Positions 1 through 15,420 of a stretch of 64,000 nt of DNA are shown here, in pieces. The stretch's first letter is position 1; the number at the start of each line of letters is the position of its first letter. The translations under genes and the position numbers were made by a program. The notes below the pieces were generated by a model that made no database searches, was not told the origin of the DNA, and saw only the letters and a program-made list of their open reading frames with translations. This DNA is from the human T2T-CHM13v2.0 reference genome, Homo sapiens: assembly GCF_009914755.1 (NCBI RefSeq), contig NC_060937.1; one strand, 5' to 3'.

Positions 1-329
1 TTCCAATGTTAACCAAAAGTAATACTTCACCATTGTAATTGTTCATTTGAATTTACCATAATTTGTGCAAAGAGAAGTGGTGGCATCATATTTCTGTCTC
101 AGTCTCACACTGTTTCAGTTTGTGTTATGACAACTCTAATCTTGGCTTATCTCACTCTTCTAGTGACAAGAATATAAATATCCCAGCAGTCATCATCAAG
201 TTCTCAAATTAGTTTTTCCCTGAATGTGTCCCCTGAATTATATCTTGCTCTATTTTCACTATATAGTATGATGAAATTTTGCTTTTTCAATAGAGTATGT
301 TTGTCTTCTAATCAATACCAGCACATATC

Positions 330-990
330 TTATTCACCCCTACGTGTTCAATCAGTTGGCAGACTTTCTTGCCAATAGTATGGGCCGAGTTTAGATCAAA
401 AGTATGTTATTGATTGCTTACAATACTCCAGATGCAGAGGGGAAAAAACATAAGTATATTTTTAAAACTCAGAAAATGTGGCTATTAAATAAGAAATATT
501 GACACATGTTGATACGGTCTCCACTAAGATTGAGGCATAAGTGAGTAAGCAATAATTCAAAAAAGGAGCGTGTAGGCAACATTTTCAAGGACAAGTAAAA
601 CCTGAAATTAGTCACGAAAAATAAGTAATAATCATAAAAATGAACAAAAAATATTTGATGGGGTTCTAGAAAAAAGAAATGCATAATGAAAGGCATAGAG
701 ATATAAGATAACATGTTGTATGCCAGAATTGGCAAGATTTGTGCTTTGGGAATAGGTAAGTGTGAACCAGTAGTAAAAGGAGATCTTAAGAAAGATAGTT
801 TTATGGGTACCTTGATTGCTTATTAAAACTTTGGGGATTATGTAAACAATGGGAAGCCAGTGAATAATCTTTAGCAGAGGACATGTAAAGTCAAAGTTAT
901 ACTTTAAACTTTCTGATTGCTAGTGCAAATGATTTATTCGAGGAGGGAAAAACTGAGTGAGGTAAGTCATTGAAATCTTGGAGGGAGAGT
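330..990 (-). mobile_element. Highly decayed L2 (LINE-2) fragments
   Basis: Purine-rich stretch such as 'aatgggaagccagtgaataatctttagcagagga...' resembles antisense L2; boundaries approximate. Confidence 0.4.
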
Positions 991-1528
991 GTGAAATAAA
1001 TTTTTAAAACATTCAAAAGATCTATTTTAAATATAAATATGTTTGCCTTTGCTTTTTTTAAAAATGGTATCCTTTTACAGTCTGTAATTAATGATTTTTA
1101 ATGCTACATCCCTTCAATATTCTTTACTTCTTTTGTGTCGTCTTGAATTTGACTTTTTATGCCTTAATTTTATCTGCCCTTAGGCCTGTTGTCCTTAAAA
1201 TTTAAGATCTTTTGTTGGTTTTTGAAATCATCTGTCTCAAAATGGCTGGGGACTAGGTTAGTTTCCTCTTCCCCCTTTTGAAATAACCCAAACACTGAGA
1301 AATAGAAAAAAAATTGCAAACTACAACTGTGTATAAATAACAGGCAATTGCAATTCTGAAGGACAATCATATGAAGATGGACTTTCTAAAGTTATATTAG
1401 CTAAGAAGTACGGAACAGCAACAGTAGAAGACATCTATGATCACTGATCTCACATAAAGCAGGGAGACCAAATTACAAAATGGTGGTAAATTCTGAAAAG
1501 AAACAAACAGATAAACAGACAAAAAAAA

Positions 1529-1625
1529 ATCTATCTATCTATCTACCTACCTATTTAGCTAATCTATCTATCTAGGAGAGAGAGGGACAGGGGAGAAAGA
1601 AAGAAAAAGAGAGAGAGAGAGAGAG
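1529..1625. repeat. (TCTA)n followed by (GA)n simple repeats
   Basis: ctatctatctatctacctacctat... then gagagagagagagagaga seen directly. Confidence 0.9.
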
Positions 1626-1671
1626 ATTTTTACAGAAATAAAAGATAACTTGATTGGGGCAGAAAACGTAT

Positions 1672-3306
1672 GAAGTTGAGCATCTTTTTCTGTGCTTAGT
1701 TGCAATCCAAGTATCTATTTTGGAGAAGTGTCTTTTGAAATTCTTTTACATGTTTTTCACAGATTTGTAGCTAAGCATTTCATTTTATGTTATTTCAAAA
1801 AATAATTTAAAAATAACTTATGGTTATTATTTGCTAGAGTTTGTAAATATGTGTCTCTCTCTCTATATATATATTAGTTACCTGATTCCAATAATCTCTC
1901 TAAACTCATTGATTATACATTCACACACTTTATGACTTTTTTTTTACCTAAACGATGGTACTTTGTGCTAGAAAAAAAAAAAAAAAAAAAAAGAGGCTTT
2001 TTTCTTTTTTAAACTGGATGTATTTAATTCCTGTTTTTACTGGTTGCCTGTAAATTGTAAATTTCTTTTTCTTGCCTTAGTGCACTGCTTGCTAGAACTT
2101 CCAGTACAATGTTGAATAGAGGGGATAAATACAGATATCTTTTGTCTTTTTTCTGATCTTAGAGGGAGATTTTTCAGTCTTTCACCACTAAGGATTTCAC
2201 ACTTGTGCACACTTAAAAGGACTATATATTCAGCTCTTGATAGTGAAGTGTTCTAATTTAAATGTCTTTTAGATCAAATTGGTTAATTAGTGTTGTTCAA
2301 TTCTTCTATGGACTTAATAATTTCTTGTTTTTTTTAATTTTTAAGAGAGGACAAATATACAGTCTGCTCTATTGTAGATTAGATTTGTCTGTTTCTCTTG
2401 AAAGTCTATCAGTTCTTGCCTTGTATTATTTTATATCTCTGTTATTAGATGCCTAAATATTTAGAATTACTATGCACTTTTAATGTTTTAACACTTTTAT
2501 CATTGAGAGAGAGCTTTTTATTCCTTGTAATTTTCTTTGTCATGAAATTTAATCCAATATTTTTATAGTTGGTATTTATTTTGTTTAGTGTTAGTAGGGC
2601 ATGCATATTAATTATTTATTCCTTTACTTTGATTCTATGCATGTGTTTTAATTTCAGGTTTATTTTTTACATGTAGTACATTACGGGGCTTTGATTTTTT
2701 TTTTCAATCTGATAATATTTGCTCTTTAATTGAGGTGTTTAGACCATTTATATTTAATGTGACTATTGACATGGTTATATTTAATACTAACTTTGTGCTA
2801 TTTATTTTTAGTTTGTTCCATCTCTTTGTTTTCTTTTTTCTCTTTTTCTATATCTTTATTGATTAATTATTTCCTATGTTTTTTTAATCTTCTTTTGGCA
2901 TATTTGCTAAAAGTCTTTATTTTTCTAGAGTTGTTGTTGCTTTGAGGTTATGCTACACTTCTTTAATATTTCACAGTCTCTGTTCAAGGAATACTGTGGC
3001 ATACCACATTGCATACAGTATAAATACCTTAAGATAGCATACCTTTATTTCTCTCCATCTACCCTTTCTGCGAATATAAGCCTATATATAAATTTAAAAC
3101 CTACTGAATATTAGTATTTTTCTTTAAATTTTCAAATAAAATAAAAGTTTAAATAAAATTCTATTTTAAATAGATTTAAATAGTAAGAAAAAAAGATTAC
3201 ATCTTAATCCCTGTAGTTACAGTTTCGAGTACTCCTTATTTCCACCAGTAGCATTTTCTTTCTGCCTGAAAAACTTTAACGGTCTTTGAAAGGTGGATCT
3301 GCTGGT
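1672..3306 (-). mobile_element. Old L1M (L1MD/ME-like) fragments, antisense
   Basis: T-rich antisense L1 ORF2 motifs 'ccagtacaatgttgaatagagg' and 'ttaattgaggtgtttagaccatttatatttaatgtga'. Confidence 0.7.
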
Positions 3307-3921
3307 TGTTGGGCTGCCAGGTTGTCAGTGTGATCAGTTAGGACAACGAGCCAAACTGAAAATAACAATTAAGCCTTATATGCTTACTGCAACAGTCTAA
3401 ATAAGAGGCATAAGAGGGCTGGCTCCCAAGTGTTTGTTTCATCCCTAAGAAATGGCACCAGACAAGAGTCCTATGCATGCAATCCAAGTGGAAGGAATTA
3501 TTTTGTTATTGGAGAGCCCCAAAAAAACGTTTCCTAGCTCTACTTGGACCTGTAGGTCCAGAGGGAGTCAGGGGAAGGAAGTGCTTGGAGTGGAAAAGTA
3601 GAGTCAAGGCAGAGAAAAATTCATCATCCAAGGCTTTTCCCATAAGGAGGTCTTGGCAGAGCTGCCTAAAAAGTGCCTTAGCAGAGGTCCCTGATAAGGA
3701 ATCTTCTGAGTGGAGATGAGCTATGTGTGCGCGGCTGCCTCAGGTGACCTGAGTACATAACAGCAACTTCCTTTAGAAACGGCGATGCATTGACCATGTC
3801 TCATGGTCTTGTCTCACCATGTCTTGTGAGTAAAGGAGAGCTTTCTCACAATAAGCCTACCAGACAAAACCTTATAATTGCCCATACCAAACTGGAAAGA
3901 TCACACATAGGATTTTGTTTA
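3307..3921 (-). mobile_element. Solo LTR (ERVL class, MER70-like) inserted into the old L1
   Basis: Abrupt GC-richer ~615-bp block starting TG ('tgttgggctgccagg...ggacaacgagcc') that splits otherwise continuous L1 sequence (gtggatctgctggt | gataaaatc); family from memory. Confidence 0.5.
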
Positions 3922-5050
<1,129 letters not shown>

Positions 5051-5069
5051 ATGAGCTGCCCCATTCTCC

Positions 5070-5145
5070 CCCCCACTCCTGCTGCATACACAATGAAGAA
5101 TTGATGGCTCAAATTGTCAGTAGTGTTGAGGTTTAGCAACCCTGT
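5070..5145 (+). mobile_element. MER20 (hAT-Charlie) 3' fragment
   Basis: 'caatgaagaattgatggctcaaattgtcagtagtgttgaggtttagcaaccctg' matches the MER20 right end. Confidence 0.65.
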
Positions 5146-6029
5146 CCTAGGCTAAACACTTTTTAGGTACTGTCATCCAAATCATAAAAGGGGTCTGAAG
5201 AAATGTCACTGCTTCCAAGGAAATTAACTATGTCCCAGAACAAAGTATGGGTACTGCCGTGTTTCACTTTTTTCATTAAAGATGTAGCAAAATCTTCAAC
5301 AAGGAAAAAAGTTGAACTTATTTTTTAATTGTTGTTTTTTAGAAAATTATGACAACTTAAAGTATGTTTTAAAATATAAACTATATAATTTATATGATTA
5401 CTTTTATAAAATAAGAAATTAAAATAAGTTACTTACAATATCAGTAATATATTAGGTAATGTCTCTGAAAAGCTTTTCTGTTACTGAGAAGTTCACTGAA
5501 TATCTCATATTGAACTTAAACCTGAGTTATTTTTCTTTACAGAAAGACATTTCCAAATTTGCTGACATCTTTAGTAGTAATAACTCACTGTCAGTAGATG
5601 CTTTACAGCAGATTTCTTTGTAAATAACAAACGATTTGTACTTTTAAGCTAACTGAGACAATAAAAAGAGTTGAGCTGCTTTTCAAAAATAAACATTGTT
5701 GTAGGGATAGAGAATTTTTAAAATTATTGTTTTTTAAAACTTCTTATCTTCAGAAATAAACTTTTTTTTATATTGCATCAATGTGTCTGTGTGATTATCT
5801 TCTCTAGCTCTGATGACAATTAAAACCAACTATCGAAATAAATTTAACTTAAAATTAGATTTTTATTTACTGTATAACAAGGAGTTAAATTCCAATTTTC
5901 AGAAATAATAATGCATCATGTTGCTATAATAAAAATGTAATAATTTTTACAGTAAATAAATATAAAATAATGATTTTATAATATTTTCTTCATGCTTATC
6001 TTTAAGTACCACTTTATGAGTGCATTTTA

Positions 6030-6331
6030 TTTTATCTTATTTTATTTTTTGAGACAGAGTCTCACTCTGCTGCCGAGGCTGGAGTGTAGTGGTGCCATCT
6101 TGGTTCACTGAAACCTCCACCTGCCAGGTTCAAGCAATTCTCCTGCCTCAGCCTCCCAAGTAGCTGGGATTACAGGAGTGTATCACCATGCCCACCTAAT
6201 TTTTGTATTTTTAGTAGAGATGGGGTTTCACCATGTTGGCCAGGCTGGTCTCAAACTCCTGACGTCAGGTGATCCACCCGCCTTGGCCTCCCAAAATTCT
6301 GGAATTACAGACGTGAGCCGCTGTGCCCGTG
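6030..6331 (-). mobile_element. AluS (Sx/Sz-like)
   Basis: Full dimer; perfect 16-bp TSD ttatgagtgcatttta at 6014-6029 and 6332-6347. Confidence 0.95.
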
Positions 6332-6386
6332 TTATGAGTGCATTTTAGAATACACATGGATTATTATTACAGATGTACATGTGAGT

Positions 6387-6533
6387 TTATATATATATAT
6401 ATATATACACACACATATATATGTGTGTATATATACACATATATATGTGTATATATACATACACATATATATGTGTGTATATATATATACACATATATAT
6501 GTATATATATACACACATATATATGTATATGTA
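6387..6533. repeat. Compound (TA)n/(CA)n/(TG)n microsatellite
   Basis: ~150 bp of alternating purine-pyrimidine sequence. Confidence 0.95.
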
Positions 6534-8890
6534 TTCATGCATAAAATTATATGAATGGCAACTCATTTCTTTACCTGTAAGGTTGTGAGAAAAAATAATG
6601 TAGATACTGCTTTATGAAAGTTACCTCTGTTGGTTTCCTAAAAGAGGTAGAATTTCTCCTTTGAGAACTAACACTTTTTGGTTCTTACAGTTATCATAAA
6701 TATAATTGGTTTTTTTTAATTGCCTCCAATTTTCAGGAGTACTATTTCATTTTTATAAAAAAATTAAATTTCCATTTAAAAAGAATTAAGGCATATTTAT
6801 TTTATACTGCTAGTCTTTCTGTATAACTATTTTGGTGTTCATGTAAGTTTATGTAGTTTTGATAGAAATATTTAATTTGGAGAGGACTATGTCTAGTAAT
6901 AAGCCTGTAAAATATGCAATAACTGTATTATCTGAAAAACAAGATCATTAATTTTTAAAATTAGTCTTTAGTATGAATTATTATCATTACAAAATTATAC
7001 ATTTAGGTATTATTAAATAGTGTTGATTTTCAATATACCCATTCATATCCACTATTTTATTTTTCTGTATAAAACAATTGACTCACATTTTGAAGAGTTT
7101 TTTTCTAATATGTATTAGGAAATGAAGCCAAAACAGCAGATTTTAAACTTTTCTAATATTTCAAGGGAACATGAGTATATACTTGAATCATTCTAATGTA
7201 TGCAGTTTTTCTGTTTCTTTAATTTTGCTTTATGGATTATTTCTATTACCATAAAGTTGGCACAGTTCTATAATTGCATTATCAGAGCCCTCATATGTGG
7301 AAGAGAAGCCTATTATGTTTTCAATAACAAAATATATTAGAATGAACTTACCTGCTCTTTATGGGCCTTATAAATTAGAAGCATAAAAACAAAAGCAACT
7401 GTTTCAAGAAAGGTTCTAAGGCATATATCATTATGGGATCTGCAAATTCTACTGTACTCAGTGACCTACTACCAAGAAATTCACACCTAACTAGAAACAA
7501 GTCATGCTTTCTCCAATCAAATTTAAACAACACTTAGCTTATTATTATATAAAATCAAACACACATAAATCAAAACATGTGCCTGAAATATAAACTCATT
7601 TTTTAAGATGTTATAAAAACAATGTTTTGCTATATTTTACTGTCTATTGACCATTTTTAGATATTCTTGCATAAAATGTTAATGGCAGATACAATTTTAA
7701 TCGTATCTTTTTAAGTTTGTTTAATTTTATCTGTTTAATATTTCTCTTTCTCACAGTTAAGAAAACTTTCTTAAAGAGATTAAGCCATTTCTTAGGGAAA
7801 CAATACCACACAATGAGATGGAGGGAAAAAAGCCTCTTACTCAATTTTCATATCTTAATTAATCTGTCTTTTAAACCCTTCATCATATACTTTTGCAAAC
7901 AAAACAATGTATTGTAAATCTAGGACATCGTTGGAATCACACAAATCACATCGAAGTGTTGGTCATCCAAACCAAATAATTGGAAATAATTTCTCAGCAT
8001 TTCCCCTAATTCTCTCTTGTTTTAACTTTAATACTGTGATGCTAGCCATCAAATAATTTAGTTTGCTATTATATTCTATTAAAATTAAGTCACATAGGGC
8101 TAAATAAATTACAGATTGACACTGGATTGTAGGGAAAAGGACAGTTTCAACTAACCCATCTTGGAGCATGTTTGGTAACAGATGAGGAGTTGGAGATACA
8201 GCACAATCAAACAAACAAACAAAAAAGTTTGGATCCTGAAAAAAGAGGATGTGGGAGGAAGTCCAAATTAACATAATTTCTTCCACCAGATATCATGATT
8301 GAGACTAAGAATGAACATGAGGACAAACCATGTGGATGACAGGAAACTAGTTAGTAGATTGTCTCAAAATCTAATAATTGTTCCTAACCTCCACAGTTAG
8401 GCTAATGTCTCCTTTCTTTGTGTGTCTCTAAGTATACATTGCATATGTATACCTATTGTGTAACTTCTCTGCATTAGGTTGCATTTAAATAAAAGCATAA
8501 ATGCATGATTTGAATAACTGCTTTCCCAAATGTAAGATTTTTTTTTTAGGGGCAAGGAAAATCTTTAGGTACATTGATGCATACAATTATCTAATGTTAA
8601 TCAGGAGAACAGAGAAAAATGTGAAATGATACATGTTTATTCTTCAACCAATAGGCTCTCTTTGTTTTCTTCCTGTCTCCTTGGCTTCTCCTGAAGCAGT
8701 TTTTGCTAAATAATCCTCATCTTTTTATATCTTTATGTTGTGATGCCATAAGACCCAGTCATCTTCTCTCTGAAGACTCACTTCCCAGGCCTACTGACTC
8801 AACGCAATAACTTTAAATCCTATCTAGACAAAGATGAGTCTTCTCATATGTACATCTGTTGAGCAAGTGACGTTTATTATCTTTCACCAG

Positions 8891-9243
8891 GCATAGAAGT
8901 CCCAGTCCCTTTACCACTGCATCTTGGTATTGGAGTTGCCAGGAAAAACACTGTGCAGTCAAGCACTGGATGGAACAACATTCTACCCACAAAGAGAAGA
9001 CCTGGACAAAATCATCTCCAATGGTGGGCAAAAATCTCCTATCGCCAGCAAGTCCCTTTTGGCAACCATTTTAGGCCAATTGGCTTGCAGGAACTCGTTT
9101 TGTGTTGCAGTAGAAGGATCCATCCCCTCCTCATAGAAGACAGATATAGCAGAGGGAGTGTCCAGGTGCCATACACCACACGTTTAAGCACAACAATCGA
9201 GTATACACTGAGTCTGAAACAAATAAAAATGTCTCCACACAAG
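8891..9243 (+). other. Candidate exon of an unannotated or long non-coding transcript
   Basis: Acceptor-like 'tttattatctttcaccag|G' and donor-like 'AAG|gtaata' (alternative 'TTG|gtaaga' at 9285/9286); GC-richer than flanks; one frame is stop-free through the whole interval. Confidence 0.25.
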
Positions 9244-9474
9244 GTAATAAGTCCAGTATAGGCTATGAGGACACTTTATCTCTTGGTAAGAAAGTGTTAC
9301 ATGCCAAAGGACAATTCTCTTATGGCCCATTGGGGGTCAAAACACTGCATTCATAAGACTATCTTTCTCAACAGCAGCTCTATTCCTGACTTCTCAAGAT
9401 CGCAAGACTTATACGGCCTTAACATAGTCAAAACTTAATTATCACCCACCCTCCAAATGAGGCTCTGTGTGTCA

Positions 9475-9564
9475 ACATATAATAGGAAAATCTGGAAAAT
9501 CTGTGAGTTAATGTTAAGACTGTGATGACATGGTATTTTAACGCACTTTTCTATTATTAATCTC
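9475..9564 (+). repeat. Inverted repeat, left arm (pairs with 12307-12395)
   Basis: Manual alignment to the reverse complement of 12307-12395: 83/90 identical, 6 transitions, 1 indel. Confidence 0.95.
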
Positions 9565-10010
9565 CCTTTTCTAAAATTTTGTATTTAGTTATTTGTAAAG
9601 TAAGAAATGGCCCATGGTACAGAGTTAACTTATTTTAGCAGTTTTATATACTCTTTTGTCTTTGTGGACTTAATGTTATAGACAGCACAAATATCAATTT
9701 TGTTTCATTTTTCCCCCACAGCCTACATAAGGGTCAGGACCATTGTTTTTTTTAGTTCCCCTTATAGCATAGTTTACCATTTCAGTGCAACTGTACTTTT
9801 GAAATGGAAGGCATATTAAGCTTTACCTTATAATTCTGAAAGCAGACATTTCACAGATTTATACCATGAGCTTCTCTTCCAAAATAGCATTCTGTAGTCC
9901 TGTCTAAGGGGATAAGTTTGTCACTTTGTAGACATTAATTTCCCCTTGACAGTTATTCTATGGACATTACAGGTGGTTAGAGTTGAAAGAAGAGGAACAC
10001 ATAAATATAA

Positions 10011-10227
10011 TAATTGTTCTCAATTGGGGACTTTTTTTTTTCTCCCAGGTAACATTTAGAAATGCTGAGAAATCCTTTTGATTGTGAAACATGAGAGGGT
10101 GCTACTGGCATGTAATGGGTTAGTGAATATGGATGCTGCTAAACGTCTCATAAGGCACAATGTAGCATCACACAACATGAAGTTATCTGGTCCCAAACAT
10201 CCATGGTGCCAAGGTTGAGAAACCCTT
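10011..10227 (+). mobile_element. MER20 (hAT-Charlie), near full length
   Basis: 'ttgttctcaattgggg...gggtgctactggcat...ggatgctgctaaac...gccaaggttgagaaaccc' matches MER20 end to end. Confidence 0.85.
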
Positions 10228-10672
10228 GACCAAAAATATTGATAACATTTCTTACAATTAATTTACTTTACATAATTGATTGATCTGATGATGTATTATA
10301 ATACAAGGATAAATTTGAAAGAAAAGCAGATAAAGGCAGAATACGTAATATTAATATGTTACTACTAATAATGAGTAATCTTGGATTTTATTTTTTGTTT
10401 TTAACAGAAATATATGTGTTCCTTTTTATAGAGAACGAGTTATATATACATATCTCGTAACAAATTGGAAATAACAGGCCAAGAAATAAAGGGGAGAGAG
10501 AGAGAATGTGTGTGTTACTGGTTTACTAAGAGGCTTCTTAAATATTATCTCAGTGACTTGGCACTCTCTGGGTTAAGAACTTTATTCCAATTATTATGAT
10601 CACACAGCTTTGGAAATGCTGAGAAGCTGCTTATTCTTCATGAATACATGTGGTTTCCTTTTTTCTATCCAG

Positions 10673-10800
10673 GTCGCAGTATGGTGTCCTTCATACACCA
10701 TATAGTACATTAAGAAAATCTGGAAACACATAACTCTTCACAGCCAGAGTTGCCATTTGTCTCCACGTTCTTCATAGAATAAAAAATTAACTACATATTC
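10673..10800 (+). other. Candidate 3'-terminal exon with polyadenylation signal
   Basis: Strong acceptor 'tttccttttttctatccag|G' at 10672/10673 and AATAAA at 10778-10783; end approximate. Confidence 0.2.
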
Positions 10801-10994
10801 AAACACTAGAATATGTAATAACAAAAAATTAAATAAAAAGACATATATGGCAAACAAGAAAATTGGAAAAAAAGGTCTGGATTCATACAAATCAGTTATT
10901 TTATCACAGATCTTCCAATTTTTGCTTGATAAAATGAGAGATTTTTTTAAAAAAATTTAATCTATAAAATGGTACGTTATATGTTTAATACATT

Positions 10995-12300
<1,306 letters not shown>

Positions 12301-12306
12301 ATTATA

Positions 12307-12395
12307 GAGATTAATAATAGAAAAGTGCATTAAGGTATCAGTCATCACAGTCTTAATATTAACTCACAGATTTTCCAGATTTTTCTATTATATGT
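12307..12395 (-). repeat. Inverted repeat, right arm (pairs with 9475-9564)
   Basis: Reverse complement of the left arm with 6 transitions and 1 indel. Confidence 0.95.
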
Positions 12396-12857
12396 GGTAA
12401 TTTACTTGTTTAGCAAATACTAAAATAGCTATATATCTTCAAGTTTTTCCCAACATTATGATTTTCATAGCTGTTTCATCTCTGATGCATTAGATGTGAA
12501 TAATATAACAAATACATAATCAACAATACTTTCTACACCAAGTGCATTTGAAGTTCATATACTATTTCTGTAACCAAAAAACAAATGGAGTTTATTGACT
12601 GGCAGGTTTCCTTTAGAATGACAAAAGATTGAAAAGAGCTTAGTCACTGCATATGCTAAATATCTGGGTATTAGATTTTTAGGCACAAAGAATACCTCAT
12701 TGATATATAAAATGTAGAAATGAAAAAAAAAAGTCCTTTGGGAGATAGGTAGCTGTGGATAGTATCTACAGAGGTGAAAATCTACTAAACTGATCACTTG
12801 CAATAGTGGTTTTCAGAAACTGATTTCAATACAACAAATAAAAATGGAGCTACTCTG

Positions 12858-13236
<379 letters not shown>

Positions 13237-13293
13237 CTATGACACTTAAGAAACTTTTAAGATATATCTCAACTATCACATTATGGAGCTTGA

Positions 13294-15420
13294 ATGTATC
13301 CTTTGCCCACTTTTTAATAGGGTTGTTTTTTGCATGTTGATTTTTTAAATTGCTTAGATTTTAGATGTTTGTCCTTTGTTGGATGCATAGTTAGCAAATA
13401 TTTTCTCCCTTTCTGTTGGTTGTCTGCTTACTCCATTAATGGTTTCCTTTGCTCTACAGAAGCTCTTTAGTTTATTAGGTACCATTTGTCACTTTTTGTT
13501 TTTGTTGCTATTGTTTTTGGCATCTTCATCATGAATTTTTTTGCCAGGTATTATGTTCAGAATTATATTTTCTGGATTATCTTCCAGGATTTTTATAGTT
13601 TTAGGTTTTACATTTAAATCCTTATTCTGTATTGAGTTGATCTATGTATATAACATAAGAAAAGGGTCCAGTTTCAATCTGCATATGGCTAGCCAATTAT
13701 CTCAGCACCATTTTTTGCATAGGCAGTCTTTTTTCCATTGCTCATTGTTTTTCAACTATCAGATGATTGTAGGTGTGCTGCACTATTTCTGGGCTCTATA
13801 TCCTGTTTTATCAGTCTATGTGCCTGTTTTTGTAACAGTACCATGCTGTTTTGGTTACTGTTGCCTTGTAGTATATTTTGAAGTCAGGTAACGTGATGCT
13901 TCCAGATTGATTCTTTTTGCTAAGAATTTTCTGGGCTATTTGGGTTCTTTTTTGATTCTATATAAATTTTGAAATAGTATTTTTCTAATTCTGTGAAGAA
14001 TGTAATTAGTAGTTTGATAGCAATGGCATTGCATCTATTAATTGCTTTGGGCACTATGACCATTTAACAATATTGATCTTTCCTGTCCATGAGCATGGAA
14101 TGTTTTTCCATTTGGTTGTGTCATTTCTTATTTCTTTGATCAATGTTTTGTAATTTTTATGGTTGAGATCTTTCACCTCCCTGGGTAGCTGTATTCCTAG
14201 ACATTTTATTCTTTTTGTTACTGTTGTGAATGGGATTGTGTTCTTGATTTGACTCTCATGTTGGATATTGTTGGTGTATAAGAATGCTATTAATTTTTGT
14301 ACATTGATTTTGTTTCCTGAAACTTTGCTGAAATTGTTTATCATTTCAAGGAGCTTTGGGACAGAGACTATGAAGTTTTCTAGATACAGAATCACATCGT
14401 CTACAAACAGATATGGTTTGATTTCCTCTCTTCCTATTTGGATAACTTCTATTTTTTTTTTCTTTGCCTGCTCTGGCCAGGACTTCTAGTACTATGTTTA
14501 ACAGGAGTTGTGAGAGAGAGCATCCTTGTCTTGTTCAGATTTTTAAGGGGGAGGTTTCCAGCTTTTGATCATTCAGCATGATATTGGTCATGAGTTTGTA
14601 ATAGATGGCTCTTAATATTTTGAAGTCAGTTCCTTCAGTGCCTAGTTTGTTGAGGGTTTTTAGCATGTAGGGATATTGAATTTTATGGAAAATCTTTTCT
14701 GCATCTATTGAGATAATCATGTGTTTTGTCTTTAGTTCTATTTATGCGACGAATCACATTTATTGATTTGCAAGGTTTGAAAAAACCTTGTATCCCAGGG
14801 ATGAAGCCTACTTGATCGTGGTGGGTGGTGGGTTAGTTTTTTGATGTGCTGCTAGATTTCACTTGCTAGTGTTTTGTTGAGAATTTTTGCATCTATGCTC
14901 ATCAAGGATATTGGCCTAAAGTTTTCTTTTTTGTTGTATCTCTACCAGGTTTTGTTATCAGGATGATGCTGACTTCATAGAATGAGTTAGGGAGGAGTCC
15001 CTCCTCCTTAATATTTTGGTATAGTTTCAGTAGGAATAGTACCAGCTCTTCTTTTTACATCTGGTAGAATTCGGCTATGGTAGAATTAGAATTAGAATGT
15101 GTCTGGTCCTGGGTTTTCTCTGGTTGGTAGGCTTTTTATTACTGATTCAATTTTAGAACTCATTATTATCCTATTCAGGAATTCAGTTTCTTCCTGGTTC
15201 AGTCTTGAGAGGTTGTATATGTCCAGGAATGTATGCATTTCTTCTAGATTTTCCAGCTTGTGTGCATATAGGTATTCATACTGTTCTCTGAGGGTTTTTT
15301 TTTTTTTTTTTTTTTAGTTTCTGTGTGGTCAGTGGTAATGTCCTTTTGTTATTTCTGGTTGTGTTTATTTGGGTCATCTCTACTTTTTCTCTTTACTAGT
15401 CTAGCTGGCATTCTATCTGT
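13294..15420 (-). mobile_element. L1PA15/16-like ORF2 segment: inverted 5' part of a twin-primed insertion
   Basis: Minus-strand ORFs 14054-14395 (MILYLEN...[11 protein letters not shown]...WKNIPCSW) and 14535-14720 (IISIDAEK...) are L1 reverse transcriptase remnants. Confidence 0.9.

Noticed and set aside
6332-6544. Y/I/T/H/C-rich ORFs on both strands
   Set aside because: Translation of a dinucleotide microsatellite
7345-7356. Isolated consensus splice donors on the minus strand (also near 44900 and 52420) and acceptors on the plus strand (5541, 52630, 59795)
   Set aside because: No consistent exon chain or reading frame could be built; expected frequency in 64 kb
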